A stretch of DNA of 64,000 bases from an uncultured SAR324 cluster bacterium (lineage in GTDB: Bacteria > SAR324 > NAC60-12). A model generated the notes under the pieces. That model made no database searches, was not told the origin of the DNA, and worked only from the letters and a program-made list of their open reading frames with translations. Below, in pieces: positions 39,380 to 47,720 of the stretch. Where the stretch lies: contig CACFAY010000004.1 in NCBI GenBank assembly GCA_902564345.1, positions 13,336 to 77,335 of the forward strand, read 5' to 3'. Every line of letters begins with the position of its first letter. The first letter of the stretch is position 1. Position numbers and translations under genes: made by a program.

Positions 39380-40531
39380 TTATTCAAATTCTATTACCCC
39401 ATAAAGTGATTGAGAACAGGGAAGATCATTCCAAAACCCATTAGCGTTTGTGATATTAGCACAGTCTTCATTACTACCCGAATCATTAGGCTCACCACTA
39501 TTCCATTTCCGAGTGGTATTATCTGCCCATGTTGCATTACTAGGTGTACAATCATCTGATGTCGCATTACAAATAGTATCTGTCAAGTTATCATCCCCAG
39601 ATGTAGTACCATTGTCCCATATCCATGTGTCTTCAGTATCTATATCATTAGCTCCGATCCATATAGCATTTCCGTATGTCCCGTAAAATTCAGAAGTTAG
39701 AAATGTATTCTCTGCTTTAGTATTTATTGTTGTAAGGTAACCTCCTAATGCGGCTGCTGCAGCTTTGGCTTCAGCAAATGTCATTGCTGAACTTGTAATT
39801 GCATATGTATGAGAGTTGTAGGTTTGAGAACCTTGTATGTCTGCAGAAAGCAGTGCACTTGCAACAGAGGATAGAGTACCTGTTCCAGATGAATTTACCG
39901 CAGCAACTTTGTAATAGTAAGTAGAACCGTTATCCATATTGCTGTGGGTGTAGTTATCATTTGTAATGGAAGTAATTGTAGTATCAGTGCTGTCAATTCC
40001 TGAGACATTATCCCAATAAAGGGTATAACTTGTAGCTCCGCTGACTGAGGCCCAAGTCAATATAATTGTATTGTTTGCTCCATTGGCTGATAAATTATCT
40101 GGTGCAGGAAGAGGAGTAGCAGCACTGACCTCACTGGCAAGAGTACCTAACGTCCCTGAAGAGGCAACGCCTGCTACTTTGTAATAATAAACTGTTCCAT
40201 TATCAAGACTGCTGTGGGTGTAATTATCTGTACTTACCGAAGTAATTGCATCGCTGGAAGAGCTTACTCCAGTAGAATTGTCCCAAAAAATCGTGTAAGA
40301 AGAAGCTCCACTAAGTGTGGTCCAATCCAGTATAACCTGACCTGCAGAGCCTGTTGCAGTTAAATTAGAAGGTGCCGAGAGTGTGGTGTCAGTTGAGGAT
40401 GAGGTGGTATCATCTGTGGATGAGGATGAATCTGCATTTGTTTCAGTAACACTATCATCATATTCTCCACAGGATGAAAGCAATACAGCAGTACTGGTTA
40501 GCAGGACAAAACAGATAAAATGAATTCTCAT
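39380..40531 (-). CDS. Lipoprotein with two fibronectin type III repeats and a C-terminal C-type lectin domain
   Basis: Lipobox LLSSCG, an S/T/D-rich linker, and two roughly 89-aa repeats (..LDWT..SGA.SYT.FWDN....YTHS..DNG..YYYKVA). The CTLD carries WIGANDIDTEDTWIWDNG and GEPND...NEDC...WNDLPC. Confidence 0.8.
   Translation of the reverse strand: MRIHFICFVLLTSTAVLLSSCGEYDDSVTETNADSSSSTDDTTSSSTDTTLSAPSNLTATGSAGQVILDWTTLSGASSYTIFWDNSTGVSSSSDAITSVSTDNYTHSSLDNGTVYYYKVAGVASSGTLGTLASEVSAATPLPAPDNLSANGANNTIILTWASVSGATSYTLYWDNVSGIDSTDTTITSITNDNYTHSNMDNGSTYYYKVAAVNSSGTGTLSSVASALLSADIQGSQTYNSHTYAITSSAMTFAEAKAAAAALGGYLTTINTKAENTFLTSEFYGTYGNAIWIGANDIDTEDTWIWDNGTTSGDDNLTDTICNATSDDCTPSNATWADNTTRKWNSGEPNDSGSNEDCANITNANGFWNDLPCSQSLYGVIEFE
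39848..40381 (-). repeat. Tandem duplication (2 x ~267 nt) encoding the two Fn3 modules
   Basis: DNA-level similarity is visible, e.g. ctttgtaatagtaagtagaaccgttatccatattgctgtgggtgtagttatc compared with ctttgtaataataaactgttccattatcaagactgctgtgggtgtaattatc about 270 nt apart. Confidence 0.75.
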
Positions 40532-40746
40532 AATGATATTATTATTGCACTAAAAAACCCGAAAATAACATATAATAGTGATTTGTGTATACACATTTTC
40601 TAAATCACAAAAAAGAAATGTGGTGGTTTTTGAGCTATCAGAAGGATTATGATGTGATGGTGTTAAGAAAAACTATCTGAAAAGATTAAATTGCAACTTA
40701 TGATTTGAAAAGTTTTTTTGACCAAAGTTTTTAACAACAGATCAAC

Positions 40747-41646
40747 ATGAAAAAAGACAACAATATTGATTTTCAGTCAATTAATGAACCTGAAGAACTG
40801 GAAATTCAAACTTCTTCCATACGTTTAGTGGCAAAATGCTGGGGTAACCCCGATGGCCTGCCAGTTCTTGCTTTTCATGGCTGGCTTGATAATGCAGCTA
40901 CCTTTGATAATTTAGCCCCTCTTTTGCCAGAGTTAAGAATAATTTCCCTAGATTTGCCTGGACATGGACATTCTGATCACCGTCCTTCAGGATCAGCATA
41001 TTATTTTATAGATATGGTAATGGACGTAATTGAAGTTGCTGATGTTTTAGGATTAGAGAATTTTTCTTTACTAGGACATTCAATGGGAGCAGGAGTTGCA
41101 ACTTATTTAGCAGGCACATTGCGGGAAAAAATAGACTATGTCATCTTAATTGAAGGCATTGGATCGGTAGTACAGGAGCCAGATAAAATGCCTGAAGATT
41201 TTAGGGAATCTGCAATCCAATGGATGAATCGCTCTAAAAAACAACTGCCCTTTTATCCCGACATTGAAAGCGCCGTCAAAGCTCGCCATAAAGTTGGAGG
41301 TATTTTAGAATCATCTGTTAGAACCTTAGTTGAAAGGGGGCTCCGTCCTGTCAAAGGAGGGTACACATGGAGATGCGATCCAATCTTAAAAACCAAATCT
41401 CGCCATTATTTAACTGAAGAACAGGCACAGTCATTTATTAAGGAAATAACCTCACCTCTACTGCTAATTGAAGCAAAGAATACAAAGAAAGATTACTGGT
41501 ATGAGCTTTTACAAAAACGAATACCCCTTGTAAATAATCTTCAGCATAGAATTTTTCCCGGTGAACACCATCTCCACCTTGATAATCCAGAACCAGTTGC
41601 CATGGCAATAAGTGAGTTCCTGAAAAAATTTTCCAAAAAGATGTGA
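40747..41646 (+). CDS. Alpha/beta-fold hydrolase
   Basis: 299 aa. HGWLDNA oxyanion region, nucleophile elbow GHSMGAG, C-terminal GEHHLH. Confidence 0.8.
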   Translation: MKKDNNIDFQSINEPEELEIQTSSIRLVAKCWGNPDGLPVLAFHGWLDNAATFDNLAPLLPELRIISLDLPGHGHSDHRPSGSAYYFIDMVMDVIEVADVLGLENFSLLGHSMGAGVATYLAGTLREKIDYVILIEGIGSVVQEPDKMPEDFRESAIQWMNRSKKQLPFYPDIESAVKARHKVGGILESSVRTLVERGLRPVKGGYTWRCDPILKTKSRHYLTEEQAQSFIKEITSPLLLIEAKNTKKDYWYELLQKRIPLVNNLQHRIFPGEHHLHLDNPEPVAMAISEFLKKFSKKM

Positions 41647-41656
41647 CCTAAATTAA

Positions 41657-42448
41657 ATGCAGAAAACACAATCTGAAAATCTTGTAAATCATAACCGAAT
41701 TCAGGTCTCATCAAAAGGGAAGCGACTGTTTGCCTTGTTGATTGATTTTATTTTTGCATTGCTTCTAGCAAATACCCTCCAAAATGTATTTCGTGAGGAA
41801 CATTGGGATATAGTTAGTCAGACGAGTAGTTTTTATAGTTTATTACCATTCTATGGAGGCATAGGTTTGTTATTATTATTAAAAGATATTTTTGGGAAAA
41901 GTTTGGGAAAGATTCTTCTGGGTATGACAATTAGAAAGATTGATAACTTTAATCAAAAACCAACTCTGAATGTGTTAATCAAAAGAAATTTAATGATGTT
42001 TCTGTTCCCAATCGAATTAGCATCAATCTTGATTGACAGCTATGCAAGGCGCTATGCAGATAAATTGTGTGCAACAATTGTCGTCGATGATCGAAATGCC
42101 TTAAGAGGAACATTAAGAATTTTACTGGGAAATATCATTTTGTTTGGATTTTTCTCAGTTGCAATCATTACTCAGCGATCTGGAATTGAAAAAACTGCAG
42201 TTTTTCAAAAAGCAGAACAGGCTATTCGATCCTATGAAAAACTTAGACCTATTATAAAAAAATTTCCTGAGATTGAAGATCCTGAAATGCATTTAGACCT
42301 TCGAAAAAATAATAGTAACCCTTCAATTGTTCGTGCCCGTGTAGGTAATAAAGAAACTGGTAAAAGAGTAATTGTTTCTTTAATATTTAAAAATAACCCA
42401 CCTGGATGGGAAGTTCTTGAGATGGTAGTTGAACCTCTTGCGGAATAA
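41657..42448 (+). CDS. RDD-family membrane protein with C-terminal soluble domain
   Basis: KGKRLFALLIDFIFALLLA RDD-like start, 3-4 TM segments, and a roughly 90-aa C-terminal domain of unknown type. Confidence 0.55.
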   Translation: MQKTQSENLVNHNRIQVSSKGKRLFALLIDFIFALLLANTLQNVFREEHWDIVSQTSSFYSLLPFYGGIGLLLLLKDIFGKSLGKILLGMTIRKIDNFNQKPTLNVLIKRNLMMFLFPIELASILIDSYARRYADKLCATIVVDDRNALRGTLRILLGNIILFGFFSVAIITQRSGIEKTAVFQKAEQAIRSYEKLRPIIKKFPEIEDPEMHLDLRKNNSNPSIVRARVGNKETGKRVIVSLIFKNNPPGWEVLEMVVEPLAE

Positions 42449-42615
42449 AACTTTTTCAGTTTTTAGTTTTAGATTCTCGCTGATTTACTATTATTTACTA
42501 ATAATTATAGTAACATAGATTAGATATCTCGAAATTTTTTCCAAAAAACAATTTTTTAATTGATTCTAATTGCGTAAAAGAACTTGACCTCGATTATAAA
42601 AAATAAATACAATAC

Positions 42616-42629
42616 CGAAACCGGTTTCG
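42616..42629 (+). promoter_or_regulatory. Putative LacI-family operator (perfect 14-bp palindrome)
   Basis: CGAAACCGGTTTCG is a perfect palindrome about 60 nt upstream of the LacI-family gene ATG. The AAACCGGTTT core is typical of LacI-family operators. Confidence 0.55.
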
Positions 42630-42687
42630 TTTATTTTATGAAGAGAATGTTTTGGTTGACAAAAATAATGTCCAAAAAAAAGGGAAA

Positions 42688-43725
42688 ATGAATGAAAGGG
42701 GCAAGCCTAGTGAAGTCCGCATCAGCGATCTGGCATTAGAACTTGGCTTAACTAAGGGTACCGTTTCAAGAGCACTAAACGGATATGAGGACATCTCCAA
42801 GAAGACCCGACAAAGGGTGACAGAAGTTGCCCGAATTCTTGGTTATGTTCCTACCACTCAGGCCAGAAGACTAGCAATGGGTCTTACTGAGACCGTCGGA
42901 CTAGTTCTCCCTCCAATGCCTTCGCAGCCGGTGAACACCTTTGTCAGTGAATTCATTGACTCGATATCCGCTGCACTTAATATTCATGGTTACGACCTTT
43001 TGGTTCATTCAGTAAATTCTGAAGAATCAGAAGTAGATCAATATCAAAGACTTGTTCATAGTAGAAAAGTAGATGGTTTTATTATTTTAAGAACGCTTGA
43101 AGTAGATCCTCGAGTTGATTACCTACTCAAAGAAGGATTTCCATTCGTAACACATGGAAGAACAGCACGTATGGCTGAGCATGACTGGTTTGATATTGAC
43201 GGAGAAAAAGCATTCAGGGATGCAACTTCGCATTTAGTCAAACTTGGCCACCAAAGGATTGGTTTTGTTGGAGGAGGTAACGAATTTTTCAGTGCCCAGC
43301 TTAGATTGAAGGGGTATAGAAACATTATGGAGGAAACCTATGATAATAAAATAAGTAGTTTGGAGCAACCGGGGAACCTTACAGGACTTGGAGGAGAAAC
43401 GGCAGCTCGCAATCTACTCAAACAAAATCCTTGTCCTACGGCAATTCTCTGTGCCAATGATGCTACTGCCCTTGGGGTAATTAAAGCTGCAAGAGAACTT
43501 GGATTTAGAATTCCTCAACAGCTTTCAGTAATTGGTTATGACGGAATTGCTCTTGGTGGTTACTTGGATCCACCATTGACTACCTTAACTTTTTCCATTG
43601 ATGCATCAGGAAGAGAGATAGTAGCCATGCTTTTAAGGAGGCTAAAAGAACCTGGACTTCCTGTTATTTCTAAATTGGCATCAGCAACTTTGAAACTTAG
43701 AGGAAGTGAAGGGCCGCCCACTTAA
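42688..43725 (+). CDS. LacI-family transcriptional regulator
   Basis: HTH ISDLALELGLTKGTVSRALNG and a periplasmic-binding-like effector domain (GFIIL, RIGFVGG, AILCANDATALG). I preferred the ATG at 42688 over the TTG at 42652. Confidence 0.85.
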   Translation: MNERGKPSEVRISDLALELGLTKGTVSRALNGYEDISKKTRQRVTEVARILGYVPTTQARRLAMGLTETVGLVLPPMPSQPVNTFVSEFIDSISAALNIHGYDLLVHSVNSEESEVDQYQRLVHSRKVDGFIILRTLEVDPRVDYLLKEGFPFVTHGRTARMAEHDWFDIDGEKAFRDATSHLVKLGHQRIGFVGGGNEFFSAQLRLKGYRNIMEETYDNKISSLEQPGNLTGLGGETAARNLLKQNPCPTAILCANDATALGVIKAARELGFRIPQQLSVIGYDGIALGGYLDPPLTTLTFSIDASGREIVAMLLRRLKEPGLPVISKLASATLKLRGSEGPPT

Positions 43726-43818
43726 GCCTAAAACAATTTAATGGAGTTTTGCCTATGAATTAAAAAAAAATTTGTATTTTTTCACAATTTTTATTAATAA
43801 AATTATAAGGAGTTAGTT

Positions 43819-45159
43819 ATGAAAATATTTAATTCGATTCTTAATTTTGTAGTATTATTAAGCCTTTTTATGTCTTCAGCAATAGCTGCAGATTTAAGGT
43901 TTTGGACTACAGAACATCAACCTGCTCGGATGGCTAAACAAAAAGCCATGGCAGAAGCATACCAATCAAAAACTGGAATCAGTGTTGAGGTGATACCTGT
44001 TGAAGAAAAAGATCTCGGCACCAGGGCGACTGCAGCATATGCTGCAGGAGATCTGCCCGATGTGATTTATCATACACTGCAGTATGTTCTTCCATGGGCA
44101 GAGGCAGGAATTCTGGATAGCGAATCTGCAACCGATGTAGTTTATGAACTTGGGAAAAAGACCTTCGGTTACGGTGCACTGAAAATGGCAGGTTTTGGTG
44201 GAGGTTATGCCGCGGTCCCTGTAGATGGATGGACCCAGATGGTTGTTTATCGAAAAGATCTGTTTTTAGCAAATGGACTTCAACCTCCGACCAGTTATGA
44301 AAACATAGTTACTGCTATAAAAAAACTGCATAACCCACCAAACATGTACGGGTTTGTTGCAGCAACCAAGGTTGATGAAAATTTTATGAGCCAGGTCTTG
44401 GAGCATGTCCTTCTTGCAAATGGTGTAAATCCAGTAAACAATGAAGGAAAAATCCAAATCGATGATCAAAAACTTTCAGAATCCTTAAAGTTCTACCGAA
44501 CAATCGCCAAGGCCAGTCCTCCGGGAGATCTTTATTGGAAACAATCTAGGGAACTTTACTTTGCTGGCAAAGCTGCAATGATCATCTGGTCTCCGTTCAT
44601 TATGGATGAGCTAGCTGGTTTGAGAGACTCTGCACCTCCAACTATAAACAGTGATCCAAAAAGTCGAGAGTTGGCCTCAAAAACAGACTTCATCACTCGC
44701 TTTTCAGGACCAAGTAACCCTGATGGAGCTGCTTGGGGAGATATTCGTTATTTTGGAATCACTTCCGATGCAGACACGGTCAAAGCCATGGATTTTGTAA
44801 AATTCTGCATGGATGACGGTTATATGAACACACTTGCGATTGCTCCAGAAGGAAAATTCCCAGTCAGGAAAGGTAACCTGAGTGACTCAGAAAAATTTGT
44901 CAAAGGATGGGCAAAACTTCCCGTTGGCGTAGACCGTAAAGCTCCTTTAACTGAACTTTACGGAGCTGATGTTATTAATAACATTGTTGCTGGTCTTGAA
45001 ACCGCGAACAGATGGGGTGTCCGAGAAGGGCAGTTATCTATGGCTTCAAAGATCATAAACAGTCAGGTCTTCAATAGAAGAGTACGTGAATATATTGACG
45101 GAGTTCGATCTCTAAGTGAAACAGTTCGGTTAATCAAATCCGACCTAAATCGCATCTAG
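43819..45159 (+). CDS. ABC transporter extracellular solute-binding protein (family 1, CUT1-type)
   Basis: 446 aa. Signal peptide ending SSAIAA and a general SBP_bac_1 pattern. It is the first structural gene after the regulator. Confidence 0.8.
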   Translation: MKIFNSILNFVVLLSLFMSSAIAADLRFWTTEHQPARMAKQKAMAEAYQSKTGISVEVIPVEEKDLGTRATAAYAAGDLPDVIYHTLQYVLPWAEAGILDSESATDVVYELGKKTFGYGALKMAGFGGGYAAVPVDGWTQMVVYRKDLFLANGLQPPTSYENIVTAIKKLHNPPNMYGFVAATKVDENFMSQVLEHVLLANGVNPVNNEGKIQIDDQKLSESLKFYRTIAKASPPGDLYWKQSRELYFAGKAAMIIWSPFIMDELAGLRDSAPPTINSDPKSRELASKTDFITRFSGPSNPDGAAWGDIRYFGITSDADTVKAMDFVKFCMDDGYMNTLAIAPEGKFPVRKGNLSDSEKFVKGWAKLPVGVDRKAPLTELYGADVINNIVAGLETANRWGVREGQLSMASKIINSQVFNRRVREYIDGVRSLSETVRLIKSDLNRI

Positions 45160-45168
45160 TTTAATTTC

Positions 45169-45199
45169 ACGGGCATCATTTAAGATGCCCGTCTCTTTT
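45169..45199 (+). terminator. Stem-loop with U-tract after the SBP gene (attenuating or stabilising intra-operon terminator)
   Basis: ACGGGCATC (45169-45177), a 6-nt loop, GATGCCCGT (45184-45192), then CTCTTTT. It lies between the SBP stop and the permease start. Confidence 0.5.
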
Positions 45200-45203
45200 G
45201 CGA

Positions 45204-46469
45204 ATGATGTCTCATTCTCCCCAGGCTAAAAGCGAGGCCCGTCTTGCATATGCTTTCCTCTTACCAACCCTTTTAGTAGTTTTTTCTATTGTATTGGTAC
45301 CGGTTATAGCTAATTTCTGGATTAGTTTTAAAACTGTAGAACTTTCAGATCTTAGGCCTCCAAAACCAATAGTTAAAATTCAGGTTAGCAAGTGGCCAAA
45401 AAAACAAGGAGATCCCTTCGTTTTCCGTTACAGAATTCGTAATAGTAGTCAAAAATTTCCACTCAAAAATATCTTGATACGCCACCAGCTACCAGATGGA
45501 ATGTTGGTTCAGGAAACCGATTCACGATGTTCTTTATTAGTGAATGAACTTCGATGTGTCTTTGACAATTGGCCTGCTAAATACAGAGAAAAAATCCTAC
45601 ACAAGTTCATAATCGATAAAGCTTTCAAGACTTCAAAAAAAAATTTCAAAAACAGCGTAATCAGAGTTTCAGCAGATACTGACAACATCTTGACCAATTT
45701 TAACTTTACTCTTAAAAATTATGTAAAAATTTTTACAAATCCTGAGTTTTTCTTTGTCCTCAAAACTACTTTTCTTTATACATTGCTTGGGACTTTAGGT
45801 TCTTTGTTCCTTGGTCTGTTTGCGGCACAACTTCTGAATCAGCAGTTTACAGGACGTGGGTTTCTCAGGGGGCTTTTTCTCTTTCCTTATGTTGCACCAG
45901 TAATTGCAGTTGCATTCACATGGGTTTTACTACTGGATCCTTTTTCAGGAACACTAAACACTATGCTTGTGAAAATAGGCTTTCTCTCAGAACCACTAAA
46001 CCTTTTCGGTCAGCGGTATGTCCTATTAAACTTATTCGGTTTTGAAATGAAATTCCCATTAGCACTGTCGACCGTAATCGCCTTTGAATCTTGGCGTTAT
46101 TTTCCCCTCGCCTTTTTGTTTATACTGGCACGTTTACAAGCGATCCCAAATGAGCTTTATGAGGCTGCTAAAATTGATGGCGCATCTCCAATTCAACAGT
46201 TTCTATTCATTACTCTACCCCAGCTATCAGGGATAATATCAGTGATGTTTCTGCTTCGTTTCATATGGACGTTCAATAAATTTGATGATATTTTCCTGCT
46301 CACTGGGGGTAATGCTGGGACAAGAACGCTCACAGTAGATGTCTATGAACAGGGCTTTGCACTTGCTGACTTAGGGGCTGGTTCAGCTGTAGCGGTAATT
46401 ATATTCGGTCTCCTGTCACTTTTCATGATTTTGTATTTTAGATTTTTACCCTTAGGAGAGGAGGAATAA
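45204..46469 (+). CDS. ABC transporter permease (MalF/UgpA-like) with large periplasmic insert after TM1
   Basis: EAA loop EAAKIDGASPIQQFLFITLPQL. About 110 aa of non-hydrophobic sequence lie between TM1 and TM2. I chose the ATG at 45204; the listed ORF starts at a TTG at 45198. Confidence 0.85.
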   Translation: MMSHSPQAKSEARLAYAFLLPTLLVVFSIVLVPVIANFWISFKTVELSDLRPPKPIVKIQVSKWPKKQGDPFVFRYRIRNSSQKFPLKNILIRHQLPDGMLVQETDSRCSLLVNELRCVFDNWPAKYREKILHKFIIDKAFKTSKKNFKNSVIRVSADTDNILTNFNFTLKNYVKIFTNPEFFFVLKTTFLYTLLGTLGSLFLGLFAAQLLNQQFTGRGFLRGLFLFPYVAPVIAVAFTWVLLLDPFSGTLNTMLVKIGFLSEPLNLFGQRYVLLNLFGFEMKFPLALSTVIAFESWRYFPLAFLFILARLQAIPNELYEAAKIDGASPIQQFLFITLPQLSGIISVMFLLRFIWTFNKFDDIFLLTGGNAGTRTLTVDVYEQGFALADLGAGSAVAVIIFGLLSLFMILYFRFLPLGEEE

Positions 46470-46470
46470 A

Positions 46471-47694
46471 ATGGCTCAATGGCGAAGAGTATTGGCGGCA
46501 GGACTAATTGGTGGAATCGCCGCGACAGTCTTCACAATTATCTGGGGGATTCTCCTTCTTTTCAAAGGAATAGAGCCAATACAAATTTCGATCCAAGAAG
46601 CAAGCATCTCCGGAATGCTGACTGGAACACTATGCACATTCAGGAAACTGGCTGGGGCAAAATCTACTTTCTTCTGCACATTAATTGGTTCTATGATTTT
46701 TCTTATCTTCAATGGGTTTTCGCCTTGGAATATCAATCCTGAAAAAAATTCACTTGATGCAGGATTGGGGACTTTATTGGTGATAATCTTAACTATGTGG
46801 TCAGCTCGTAAAGCCTTAACAGGAATAGAATTAAAAAGTTTTGATAGGGATGAAATAGAGATATTAGCGATAAGAATTTTTAAAGGAATTGGTTTACTTT
46901 TCTTCATAATTATTGTCGCTTTTCCTTTCGTTTACATGGTAATCACCAGCCTTAAATCTCAGATGGCTCTGCTGACTAACCCTACGGACTTGAGCATCAG
47001 TTTTGAATCAGGATTAGCAGTTCTTATCAAATCATACCATGAAGTCTGGACTACTTTTAATTTTCAGAGATACATTTGGATCAGCACAATTGTTTCTGTG
47101 GGCACAGTAGGAATAACACTCAGTCTATCTATTTTGGGTGCATATTCAGTCACAAGACTAAGGTTCCCCGGAAGAATCTGGCTTTCCCGTAGCATCCTGA
47201 TTATTTATATGTTCCCTGCGATTGTATTAGTGATTCCTCTTTACAGCATTTTTAGTCAATTGCAACTTCGTAACAGTCTCATTGGGCTATTCATTGTTTA
47301 TCCAGCAACAACTTTACCGGTTGCGCTCTATATGTTAAAAGGTTTTTTTAGCACTCTTCCTGCAGAACTGGAAGAGGCAGGAAGAATAGATGGCTGTAGC
47401 CGCTTAGGAGTGATCTGGAGAATAACACTCCCTTTGAGTCTTCCAGCAATCTCCTCAGTCGCACTTTATGTTTTCATGATTGCATGGAATGAATTCCTAT
47501 TTGCCTTTATGTTTCTTGATGATCCAAACATCTTTACCCTCTCCCGAGGAATGGTCTCATTGAACAGCTCAGAAGTTCCAAGGCAGTACCTGATGGCCGG
47601 TGCGGTGATGGTCACCGTTCCAGTGATGGCTCTTTTTTTCTGGTTTGAAAAATATCTTGTTTCAGGTCTTGCCGCAGGTTCGGTGAAAGGCTAA
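46471..47694 (+). CDS. ABC transporter permease (MalG/UgpE-like) with ~125-aa N-terminal multi-TM extension
   Basis: EAA loop EEAGRIDGCSRLGVIWRITLP. The canonical MalG-like start (FPFVYMVITSLKSQ) appears only at about residue 150. Confidence 0.85.
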   Translation: MAQWRRVLAAGLIGGIAATVFTIIWGILLLFKGIEPIQISIQEASISGMLTGTLCTFRKLAGAKSTFFCTLIGSMIFLIFNGFSPWNINPEKNSLDAGLGTLLVIILTMWSARKALTGIELKSFDRDEIEILAIRIFKGIGLLFFIIIVAFPFVYMVITSLKSQMALLTNPTDLSISFESGLAVLIKSYHEVWTTFNFQRYIWISTIVSVGTVGITLSLSILGAYSVTRLRFPGRIWLSRSILIIYMFPAIVLVIPLYSIFSQLQLRNSLIGLFIVYPATTLPVALYMLKGFFSTLPAELEEAGRIDGCSRLGVIWRITLPLSLPAISSVALYVFMIAWNEFLFAFMFLDDPNIFTLSRGMVSLNSSEVPRQYLMAGAVMVTVPVMALFFWFEKYLVSGLAAGSVKG

Positions 47695-47720
47695 AAAATG
47701 ATCTACATTAATTTCATAAT

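Noticed and set aside
46476-46907. 143-aa minus-strand ORF and 87-aa plus-strand ORF (46479-46742) at the 5' end of the second permease
   Set aside because: They overlap the permease N-terminal extension. I considered that the extension might instead be a mis-call, but its frame encodes coherent hydrophobic helices and starts 1 nt after the upstream stop, so I kept the permease frame.
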